A stretch of DNA of 64,000 bases from Hyaloraphidium curvatum SAG 235-1 (taxonomy: Eukaryota > Fungi > Monoblepharomycota), in assembly GCA_025558095.1 (NCBI GenBank), contig JAIVFI010000015.1, positions 434,001-498,000 on the forward strand, given 5' to 3'. Below are positions 54,888-64,000 of the stretch, in pieces (the stretch's first letter is position 1; the number at the start of each line of letters is the position of its first letter). A model generated the notes under the pieces. The model was not told where the DNA came from, ran no database searches, and saw only the letters and a program-made list of their open reading frames with translations. The translations under genes and the position numbers were made by a program.

Positions 54888-55004
54888 TGGACTAGTGGGA
54901 TGGCGTCTCACAGGACGGGAAGGACTTGGGGTTGAATATGTCTTCAGTGCTCTGCCTCGTGGAACTGGCGGAAAATGTACATTGGTATTTTCGATGGAGA
55001 GCCA

Positions 55005-57401
55005 TTACACTGACATCCGAGCCATCTCTCGTTCCAACTCTGGCGACTCTACGCCCTCTGGAATCGTTGGCGGTCTTGGCGGTCCGACTTTCGCGACTTC
55101 CTCGACGCTCTTCCCAAAAGTAGACTTGATGGCATTTGTCTTCGGATCCGCCAAAGCCGCCAGCTTCACGGTTTCAAACTCGTCCCATATCGGATGCGCA
55201 ATCTCGTCCATGTACTTTGTCGACGGGCCCGGATAATGGGAAGTGAGCTTCCCGGAGGCATGCTTGTACCTGTCACGCACGCCCCGTCAATCCGAGTAGC
55301 AGCGGCGTTCAACAGAGAAACGTGCCATCCACCGCAATCCACGTTCCAAATCGTGCTCTTGAGCCCGTCCTGCATCCTCTCGAACCATGCCTGCTCGATT
55401 TCCGGGAACGGATCCACCGAAGCCGTGCCCGTGGTCTGTAAATGGCGGATGACCTGCACAGCGTATTGGATTTGCTGTGCGGGACGATGTGAGGCACGCC
55501 TCGGCGTAGGCAATGCAGCACCTACCTGTTCTTCGAACATGTGGATGCTGTTCGAGGCGACGGGGGCGTTGGGACCCATGATATGGACTGCAAGATCTGG
55601 CAGTCAGTGACGAACGAGCACGGAAGCAACGGAAACGCACAGAAATTGGGGAATCCACTGCTCATCACGCTCCGGAAGCTGAAAGGGTAGCCGGCCTCTC
55701 CCCACACGTCCGCCAAGCTGCGTCCGTTCTTGCCGAGCACCGGAAACGCAGGCAAATAGCTCACATCGAAGCCAGTTGCCTGAGCATGGAAATCAGTGGT
55801 GACACATGTGGCCCCACTGCAGCACGGCCAAACCTTGATCACCACATCGCATGCTCTCTCAACGCCACCCGCAACAATGCCCTTGGCGGTGAAGCGTTCG
55901 ATCGGATCCTTGATGATCGTGGTGGTCGGAAGCTGGAGCATTTCGAAGTAGTGCTCGTGCGGGGTGTTCCGTCTGCACCCGACCTGCGACAGCCAGATCA
56001 GTCAGCTCGATCCGAAGCTCGCAGTAGAGAAAACGCACAGGGTAAGTCGGCTTCAACAACTCCCTGAGCTTCGGATCCCGGATCAACTTCTCGAGATTCT
56101 TCTGGGCGGCCGCCAGACTCGCCGCCTGTTCCGGGCTCCCCAGGATGAAGCGGGCGTAACCCATGTCTGCCATTGTCCACGATCGGCGGAAAAAGTCGTA
56201 CGCGTTCTTGCGGGAACGGTAGTGCTCGCGTTCTTGTGGCGTAAAGACGTGCGCATCGAGTTGGTCGAGCGTGCCGAGCTGATTCGTGATCCACGTGTTG
56301 CTGCGTTGATGCGCTAGTAGTTCCTTGACTTTGTTGCCAATAGTGCCGATCGTTTGGATGCCTGTGAGGGGGACGTAACGTGAGCGTTCAAGCAAGCAGT
56401 TTGAACCGGGCAGCCGCTCACCCGAGCTCCCGTTCCCAATCACCGCAACAACCTTGCCCTCGAGCGGCACGTCTCTCCGGAACCTTGCCGTGTGCATGAT
56501 TATGCCCCCGTTCTTTTCAAACTCCTCCTCTCCTCCGAACACGGCCACTTTGGGCCGATTCAAGACACCGTGTCCATTGACGAGCACATGCGTCCGATCC
56601 TCCACGATTTCGCCGCTCGGCGTGCGGATTTTGAGGAGCCACGTCTGCGACGCATTGTCCCAGGTGGCAGAAAGGAGCTCGTGGGAATAGTGTGCAAACA
56701 TCGACACGTTGTACTTCTCGGCAATCCTGGACGAGTGAGTGTGATGTCAGATATGCCGAGCAGATATCTGCTTCCGACGCTCACCGCGTGAAGTACTCTT
56801 GGATTTCGTCCGTCTCCACGTAATCCTGACTCCAGTCGTTGGGCTCCCATCTCCACACATAGAAGTGCCTGATTCCGACGAGCCGTCAGCATGCTTTGGG
56901 AGAGCTGTCACTCACGAGGACACTCACGCGGCAAGATCGCATCTGCAACCCGGGTACTTGTTCTCGTGCCACGTACTGCGCCTGAATTAGATAAATGGAA
57001 CAGGTACTTCAGGGATACTCACCCAGACGGCTTCGGGTTCTTCTCGAAGACCTTGAAATTGACGTTCTTCAAGCGCCCTAGTTTGAACCTCAATGTCTCC
57101 AGATTGCGCAAGAGCGGCGGCGAGAATACCCACATTGGAAGAGCTGAGCACAGGTGATTCCTGCCATACCCGTGCCGATGCAGGTCACATCGAGGTCCCG
57201 GATCTCGGCACCTTCGGGATAAGGCTCCACGGGCGCCAGGTGAAACGTCTTGACGTCGTCCTCCGATGGCGCTGCAATGTCGAGGAGGGGTCTCCGGGTG
57301 TCGTTGGGGTCGTAGAAGAACTTGCGGTCGGGGCCCGGGTAGCCTCCTGTCGGGGCAGGAGGAAGTGGGGCGAGGTCCGGAGCGGAGGACGCGTCCGGCA
57401 T
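55005..57401 (-). CDS. flavin-containing monooxygenase (Baeyer-Villiger/FMO-like), multi-exon
   Basis: CIGTGMAGI (FAD), TWHENKYPGC, VNGHGVLNRP, IMHTARF fingerprint, VAVIGNGSSG (NADPH), ATGFD, GFPNF, GPNAP. Confidence 0.9.
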
Positions 57402-57824
57402 CCTTCTGAGTGCGGACTCGGCTTTGAACGACGGCTTGTCACTCTTCTACAGGCGGGGACGATGCCCGGAGTGAGCAGGCTGCTTGTGGGGTCTCGCACG
57501 TTTCCCCGTCTCACCAGGGCGACGACGACCCGCGAAAGCTCCCACGCCGGTCTAGGACAATATTTCCGGCGATTTCCGCGACCGGGCGGGGTTCTCGTTG
57601 GAGAGCGGGCGATGCGGAGTTTTGGGAGACGCTGCGCGGTGGCAAGGCCGGCCGAGATTGATCGAGGTGACTCCGTGGACGTTTCACGGCGATCCGACCC
57701 ATCCATATCCTTCGAAATCTATTTTAGAATGTCTTTATTCCGGCGAGCTACTAGTCGGCGGATCCTGAGCCTGTGCGCAGCGTGACTCGGTCCGCAACCG
57801 CGACCTTCTGACAAAGCTGACTCG

Positions 57825-59363
57825 ATGCCTGCCCGAGGAGTTTCGGAGGAGGCGAGGGACGACGAAGCAGGCGATGGAGTTGCCGCAGACACTAACATCG
57901 ATGGGAATGGAGAGGAGAGACTGGCCGAGGCACCGAAGCCCGAGATTGCGTACGCCGCCCCCCGGAACTCCGCTGGCATCCGCCACTCGCCGCTCCTGGC
58001 TCTCGCGGTCGCCGTCATCGGCACCTCGACCGATGCCTTTGCCTACTCGGCTTTCGCTCCTTCCCTGCCGGTCTCGCTCTCGGCGATGGGCGTCACCGAT
58101 CCCGCTCTGGTCTTCGGGATCATGTTTGCCTTATTCGGAGTAGGAACGCTCGTCGCATCGTTCGTCGTTGGCGCGGTTTCGGACAAGTACCGTGCTCGCA
58201 GGCCGTTTCTGCTTCTTGGGGTGCCCCTGCAGGTTGCGGGAGCCCTGCTGATGGGCCTTGCTCCTGCGGTTTGGGCGCTGTATCTCTCCCGCCTCCTGCA
58301 AGGCTTTGCCTCGGCATGCGTCTGGACTGCCGGCCTCGCCCTCGTCGGGGACACTTTTCCCGGTTCCGAAATGGGGACAGCGACCTCCGCGGTCCTGCTC
58401 GGGCCCAACGTGGGCAACGTCCTGGGCCCCGTGGTCGGCGGGCAGCTTTACGAGAAGCTGGGCACGTGGGCGCCGATGGCGTGCGTGTTGGCCGCCTGTG
58501 CGGTGGATCTGGCGTTGAGACTGGCCGTTCAGGAGCCGGAACACTCGCCCATGGCCCTGAAGCTCGGTTTCGGCGCTCTTCCGTGGAGGAAGCGCACGCA
58601 GCCGAGAGATGATGTTGGCCCAAATCCCGTTCAGCCCCCTGCTGATCCGACTCGGACACCGACGCCTTCGCCGCCTCGGCCTCCGAGGTTCTCGTGGCCG
58701 CTCCTCCACGACCCCGACCCCCGCCCTCTCCGAGTCTTTTCCGATCCCTGCGTTCTTCTAATCTCGCTTCTCAACCTCGCCGCTGGCGCTTTCCTAGGAG
58801 TGATTTGGCAGGCCGTCCCGCTGCGACTCTCCTCACCGCCCTTCTCTCTGGATCCGGCACCGCTGTCTTCGATACTGGCCGTATTCCCCCTGGCCCACAT
58901 CCCGGGCCTGCTCCTCGCCGGCTGGCTGCTCGACCACCTCGGCGCCGCCTGGGTGCTCGTACCGGGCCTGGTCCTTTCCTCGATCCTCGCCCCGCTCCTC
59001 GCGATCCCCTCGACTTTGGCGCCGTTCGCGGTGACCCTGGCCTTGTTCTCGATCGCCTCGGCACTTCCTCAGGCCGCGCCCGCCTCGGAGCTCCCCACGC
59101 TCCTCCCCCCCCTCGCACACGCCCGAGCGTCGGCCCTGTTTGCCGCCACCTTCACCCTGGGCACGGTCATCGGGCCCCTGCTCGCCGGTGCGGTGTGGGG
59201 GCTACCGCCCGGTGGGATGATGCCGGCGATGCTCGTGGTGTGCGGTATCGGCGGGGCCGGGGTGCTAGCTTCGGCGGCCTACTTCTGGCTCAAGCAGGAT
59301 AGGAAGAGGGCGGAGCTGGCGTACGGTAGCGGAGCTGAGGGTACGGCTCCTGCGGGCATGTAA
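57825..59363 (+). CDS. MFS transporter (DHA1/vesicular amine transporter-like), single exon
   Basis: About 12 hydrophobic segments, motif A GAVSDKYRARR, SRLLQGFASACVWTAGLALVGD, GNVLGPVVGGQLY. Confidence 0.9.
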   Translation: MPARGVSEEARDDEAGDGVAADTNIDGNGEERLAEAPKPEIAYAAPRNSAGIRHSPLLALAVAVIGTSTDAFAYSAFAPSLPVSLSAMGVTDPALVFGIMFALFGVGTLVASFVVGAVSDKYRARRPFLLLGVPLQVAGALLMGLAPAVWALYLSRLLQGFASACVWTAGLALVGDTFPGSEMGTATSAVLLGPNVGNVLGPVVGGQLYEKLGTWAPMACVLAACAVDLALRLAVQEPEHSPMALKLGFGALPWRKRTQPRDDVGPNPVQPPADPTRTPTPSPPRPPRFSWPLLHDPDPRPLRVFSDPCVLLISLLNLAAGAFLGVIWQAVPLRLSSPPFSLDPAPLSSILAVFPLAHIPGLLLAGWLLDHLGAAWVLVPGLVLSSILAPLLAIPSTLAPFAVTLALFSIASALPQAAPASELPTLLPPLAHARASALFAATFTLGTVIGPLLAGAVWGLPPGGMMPAMLVVCGIGGAGVLASAAYFWLKQDRKRAELAYGSGAEGTAPAGM

Positions 59364-59542
59364 TCGCACCTTACTCGGTCAATGATCGATGACGGGTGTC
59401 CGGCGATCGATGTCGTCCGATTTGGCAAAGGAATTGAAAGTCGGGCCGCAATCTCGCAGATGAAGCCCACAAGGATCACAGCCACGTCACCGCGTTTGAA
59501 CACCCACCGATTCGAACCCCACCCCAGCGCCGCAGAACGACC

Positions 59543-60002
59543 ATGTCGCAGGCTCAGTCTGCCCGCCGCGTCCTTGCCACCGACCCCGAGGTATGCCGCC
59601 GTCAGCTGGGCTGGGCCGCGGCGGAGCAACGGAGCCCGCCGCCGTCCTCCCACCGGGCAACACCGCTCACGCCCACGCCACGCCCGACAGACCTTCGGCC
59701 TCACGGCCCTCGTGGGATTGTTCTTTGGCTTTTTCGGTTGGCAAATGGGCCGCAAGACCGCGCTCTCCAACTCGCCGAACAAGAACCTCGTCTCGGTCCG
59801 CCTTGCCTTTCGTACCCCGCGGACTCCCCACTCACCATCTCACCGACCGCAGCCCTCCCGCGCGGGCCAGACCATCTCCAACCCGTCGCTGTCCGCGCCT
59901 TCCCCCGCGACGACCGGCAAGCGGCCCGACGAGGTCGTGAGCACGCAGCTTTCGGACGAGCTTTCCAAGATGGCGGACGAGGGCACGCTGGGCAAGAAGT
60001 GA
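59543..60002 (+). CDS. small single-TM protein, NDUFA4/B12D-like
   Basis: Introns 59591-59690 and 59796-59852 give MSQAQSARRVLATDPE-TFGLTALVGLFFGFFGWQMGRK...KMADEGTLGKK*. The DPE + TM + GRK pattern resembles NDUFA4/B12D-like proteins. Confidence 0.55.
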
Positions 60003-60222
60003 TCGGGCGGGGCGGACAGCCAGGGATTCTTGGTGTTTGCGTGCGGTGCTGCAATGGGAATGCTACGATCTCTTCTTCGTGCTTGCTCTGGTGCCAAGTC
60101 CTGCGACCACCGATCGCGCGTTCAAAGTGCATGGTGACCAGCATCAGTCAATTCCATCGAGCATTACATAGAGGTATAGTCGGACCGAGGCCTTCCGGGT
60201 GCCCCGACCGGTGCTCATCAGC

Positions 60223-61733
60223 TCATGCCCTCAGCGCGGCGTGGCGCACGTCCAGATCGCCGCTGCCCGCGCTCCCGTAGCCACTGTCGTTGCTCACGGA
60301 GCGGAACACGGGGTAGCCCGCGACGGGCGCGCAGCCCCACGGGGCAATGTCCGCCGGCGCGGCCGCCGGCGACGGGTACGCTGCGGCTGCGAAGCACGCC
60401 TCGGCGTTGCGCGCGCGGCTGCGCTCGACGACGGCGGTCATGAATGCCGCCAGCGCCTCGGCCGTGCGCCGCAGCAGGCACGCCTGGATGCGCTTCATGC
60501 TCTCGACCGCCGCCGAGCTGCGCGTGGCGCGGCGCGACGAGGTCGATGCGGAGAGCAGCAGCCCGACGGCGTACCACTCGTCGTCGACGGCGTCGGCCGG
60601 CACCGGCACGGCGGACGCCTCCAGCGGCGCCAGCGCGCGGCGGTTGAGCAGCGGGTACGCCGCGGCGACCTTGTCCAGCGGCGCGAGCCACTCGTGGCGC
60701 AGCATGGCCTCGGCAGTCATCGGGTGCGCGGGGTCCAGCCCGGCCTCGATGAAGCCGCGCGCGGCGTGCGAGATCGCGGCGGGGTATGTGAGGCGGGTGC
60801 CCAGCGGGCGCACCGGCCCGCAGGTGTTGCGGATCTCGGCCTCGAGCGACTGGATGGAGGTGCTCCGGAACGGGAAGTAGCCTTGCAGCATCCTGGGGAA
60901 GGGGAGCGAGGTCAGGGGTGTTCTTCGCAGGGCGCTGCGGTTCGTGCTCACCCAAAGACCGAGACGCAGAGCGCCCAGACGTCGTTGGCCTGCGCGATGT
61001 CGGCGCTCATGCCGGGCAGCCGCGACGGCGAGCCGTTGGGGAGGATGGTGCCGACGGTGGTGCCGTACCGCTCGGCGAGGATGGCGGCGTTGCACACCCA
61101 GCTCGACGAGTAGTGCACGCAGCCGACGGTCTCGCGCATCTCCGAGGCCGATGCGACGAGCGCGCTCAGGTTGAAGTCGATGAGCTTGACGAGCGGGAAC
61201 GGGAGCGGGTTGCCTGGCGTGCGCGGGGCGACGACCATGATGTTGTCGAGCTTGACGTCGCGGTGCACGACGCCGCGGGCGTGCAGGTGCTGCAGCGCGC
61301 GCAGGCACTGCACGGCGACCACGCGCGCCTCGTCCTCGGGCAGGCGGCCGCCGCGGCCGTGCTGGCCCAGGTAGTCGAACAGCTCGACGCCGTCGACGGC
61401 CTCCTCGAACACGTGCACGGCGGCGTCGTCGAACACGGCGTCGTACAGCTTGACGACGTTCGGGTGGTCGGCGACCGCGAGCACGGCGAGCTCGCGCAGC
61501 ACGTAGAGCTTCTGCTTCTCGCGCGCCGCGCCGCTGTGCGCAGAGAGGTCCGTGGTCTTGCACACCGCGCGGCGGCCGCTGGCGGCGTGCACCGCGCGGC
61601 GCACCGTCGAGAAGGAGCCCTTGCCGAGCGTCTCGCCGACGATCCACTGGCCGATGACTCGGCCGGCGGGCGGCGCCGGGGCGAACGCCGTGTCGCGGGG
61701 ACTCAGTGGTGGCGATGGGTAGCCGGAGGGCAT
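60223..61733 (-). CDS. Ser/Thr protein kinase (CAMK-like) with atypical DFN motif, 2 exons
   Basis: LGKGSFSTV, AVCK, HPNVVKLYD, ELFDYL, VVHRDVKLDNIMV, KLIDFNLS, DVWAL, GYFPF. Confidence 0.85.
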
Positions 61734-62591
61734 TGTGGTGAATCGTGGGTTGGCGGCCAGTTGTTGAAAGGACCTTGGCGAGACGCGAGGGACGCTGAGG
61801 ACTATAAGGGCGCAGAGGGGCGCGATTCCCTGGCCTCATTTTTTTCGTACCCTCTATCCCTTGGAGGGGGCGCAGTTGAGAAATGACCGACCGAACCAGC
61901 CGCGACACGTCACCAAGCTACGCGGAGTGAGCGCAGACGCAACATTACAAGTCGCTGGCCAGTGATATCGCAGCCCAGCAGGGGCGTCCCTGCTCTAGCA
62001 AGGGACGAAAATGCCATCCCTTGGATGGTACGTCACTGTCCCTCAAAAGGGATTGAAGGGATGACGATCCCAGGATTTTCACGAGTGAATGACTCAAGTC
62101 TGTTCTATTGCTGACGAATTGCCACAGCGTCCCAGGGATTACTGTGCGCCTTCCGCGGACGTCCGCGGGACTGGCGAAGGAGCCGATGTTTTGTTCACGC
62201 GACCATACCAGCACCGCCAAGGCTATCCCGAAAATCTCGGGTCCTTTGTTCCGCGGAACTTCCAAACAAGCTGACTTCGAATCTGAAGTGCAGTTCCGGC
62301 AACTTCGAAACTCTATCGATATTGAGCCATTTTGGTCCATTAGGGAGATGGCCAGCAAGGGCAGGGACGGAAGTGGACGGAACCGAAAATGCCAGACGTC
62401 CGTTGGGTCCATCACCATCGTGCTTCGCAGCCCACCGCATCATCGAGCAATAGGTCCGATTGTATTCCAAAGCTTTGGTCTCGTTTTGCTGTCACTTCCG
62501 AGCGCAAGGGCGGGGCGGGGTCAGGGCACTGGGTCGGGCCCGCGGGCCGCAGATCAAACTGTCCGCCCGACTGCCCCCCATCGCCACGAAA

Positions 62592-63178
62592 ATGGCCCTC
62601 CCCCGCTCGGAAATCATCAAGCCCCTCTGCGGCCTCGTCGGCGTGACCGCCGTCGTCTGGGTGAAGCTGTTCAGGGACCGCTTCGCCGAAATCGCCGAGC
62701 GCAAGATCACCCCCGAGTCGGTTGGACGTGCCGCCGTGCGCCTCGCGGGCTGACCCCCCTGGGACGGATCAGGGAGTTTTCGGCAGAGCCTGCCAAGCGC
62801 GTTGTGCTCAGGGACGTGAACGCCAGCGACAACTTGAAGAATCTCTTCGAGGTGAACTTGGACCGCTCCTGCCCTTGCGGACGTCGTTCACCCGTCGACA
62901 AAAAGGTCCCGACCCTCTTCACGACCCTCTGCCTGTCCCTCGCCGCCACCGACCGCGTTACCACCACCTTCTACCGCGGGGCTTGGTTGTACGTTGCCCT
63001 CAGGGCCGTCCACTCGACGATTCACTCGACCTATAACTACGCGAGTTTTCCGTGCCTTGAGCTGGGTCGGGGCTGACCCGATCTGCAGGTTCCGCACAGG
63101 TTCGGCGTGTACATCTTGAGCTCCCTCGTATTGTGGGGGATGTGGGGCAAGCTGGCGTGGGAGCTCTTCCGATCGTGA
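62592..63178 (+). CDS. MAPEG-family membrane protein, 4 exons
   Basis: Spliced: MALPRSEIIKPLCGLVGVTAVVWVKLFRDRF...ASDNLKNLFE-VPTLF...AWLYVALRAVHSTIHSTYNY-VPHRFGVYILSSLVLWGMW...*. Confidence 0.85.
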
Positions 63179-63387
63179 ACCGTTCCCTGTTTCGATTCCC
63201 CTTTCCCTTGGAGTTGGACAGTAGCTGTCGCTGTATGCCCTTCCGTAATCGTACTTCTATTGCGCACCGAGCCGAGCAGATTCTTTCCCTCGTAGTCGTC
63301 CAAATGATCGATTGCAAGGCGTCCGTCAACAACCAACATTGGAACCGGGACGCGCCTCAACGCGCTGCTCCTGCCGACGTTGCCGCG

Positions 63388-64000
63388 ATGTTCGGCCGCA
63401 AATCGGGCCCGAACTTCGGCAGCCCGTTCGACCCCGCCCGCGCGCCGCCCCCGCCGGGCGCGAAGCGCGAGCCGCCGCCGCTCCTCGGCCGCCGCGTTGG
63501 CCGCATCGCGGGCGCCACCCTCGCCGCCGGCGCCTTCCTGCTGGGGACGTACACGGTGTTCGAGGTGCAGCGCGTGCGCAACCTGCCGCCGCCCGGGCCC
63601 GACGCGACCGACTTGGCGCGGCAGCGCGACCATTCGGGCGTGTTCAACGCGATCGCGCGAGACTACGACGGGGACGTCGACGGCACCGAGCTGTGGTCGC
63701 TGATGCGGCTGATGCGCCGCCGGCTGGTCTCGCAAGCCAAGGGGGACGTGCTCGAGGTGGCCGCGGGCACGGCCAGGAACTTCCGATACTACCGCCCCAA
63801 GGACATCAAGTCCATCACCCTGACGGACACGAGCCAGGGCATGCTGGACGTGGCGAAGGAAAAGTGGCGCGCCCACGTGCGCTCGGATCCGGGCACGCTG
63901 CGCGCGCTGCCGGCCTACTTCTACGCCGTGGACGCGCACAGGCTGCCCGCCCCGGACGCGACCTTCGACACGGTGGTCTCCACCTTTGGCGTGTGCTCGT
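63388..64000 (+). CDS. OMS1: mitochondrial SAM-dependent methyltransferase Oms1-like (3' truncated by window end)
   Basis: N-terminal TM, FNAIARDYD, MRRRLVSQAKGDVLEVAAGTARN, ITLTDTSQGML, FDTVVSTFGVCS. Confidence 0.8.
   Translation, partial: MFGRKSGPNFGSPFDPARAPPPPGAKREPPPLLGRRVGRIAGATLAAGAFLLGTYTVFEVQRVRNLPPPGPDATDLARQRDHSGVFNAIARDYDGDVDGTELWSLMRLMRRRLVSQAKGDVLEVAAGTARNFRYYRPKDIKSITLTDTSQGMLDVAKEKWRAHVRSDPGTLRALPAYFYAVDAHRLPAPDATFDTVVSTFGVCS

Noticed and set aside
53124-55236. Long alternative and antisense ORFs (595 aa, 547 aa) over XRN2, and similar ones over GCV2, PTPA and the kinase
   Set aside because: They are Arg/Pro/Ala-rich shadow frames expected from high GC3, with no motifs, and the conserved protein is in another frame.

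Overview
This is eukaryotic, very gene-dense, GC-rich DNA with many short (about 45-60 nt) spliceosomal introns, so the ORF track shows exon fragments and antisense shadows rather than whole genes. Gene content points to an early-diverging fungus, possibly a chytrid or monoblepharid (inference only). Fungal-type genes (Cdc11 septin, Swe1, Oms1, NI9M, Mba1) sit beside genes missing from budding yeast (NRDE2, CSN8, CTDSPL2, MMTAG2, PPIL1, a MED30-like gene). Manual splicing gives about 33 protein genes. In order: 3' end of a CpG-poor non-LTR retroelement, mS45, Mba1/mL45, bL32m, NAP1, BRE1, NRDE2, NI9M, GCV2, WEE1, TOM5, MED30-like, RER2, RAD23, rhodanese-PTP, CTDSPL2, PPIL1, ARV1, CDC11, CSN8, PRP16, RPN2, MMTAG2, IWR1, CoA-transferase III, an orphan zinc-finger gene, a 59-aa microprotein, PTPA, XRN2, a flavin monooxygenase, an MFS transporter, an NDUFA4-like gene, an atypical kinase, MAPEG and a partial OMS1. 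The strongest leads are: (1) a TATA-preceded, putatively N-myristoylated Cys/His microprotein divergent from an orphan zinc-finger gene; (2) a hidden 4-exon TOM5 whose last exon overlaps the MED30-like CDS antisense and in codon register; (3) three adjacent mitoribosome genes, two joined in frame by TGA-TAA-ATG; (4) three convergent gene pairs with stops only 13-14 nt apart; (5) a relaxed splice code with GC donors, AAG/GAG acceptors and micro-exons. All gene identities come from motif recognition by eye; no database search was run. I saw no tRNA, rRNA or CRISPR array.
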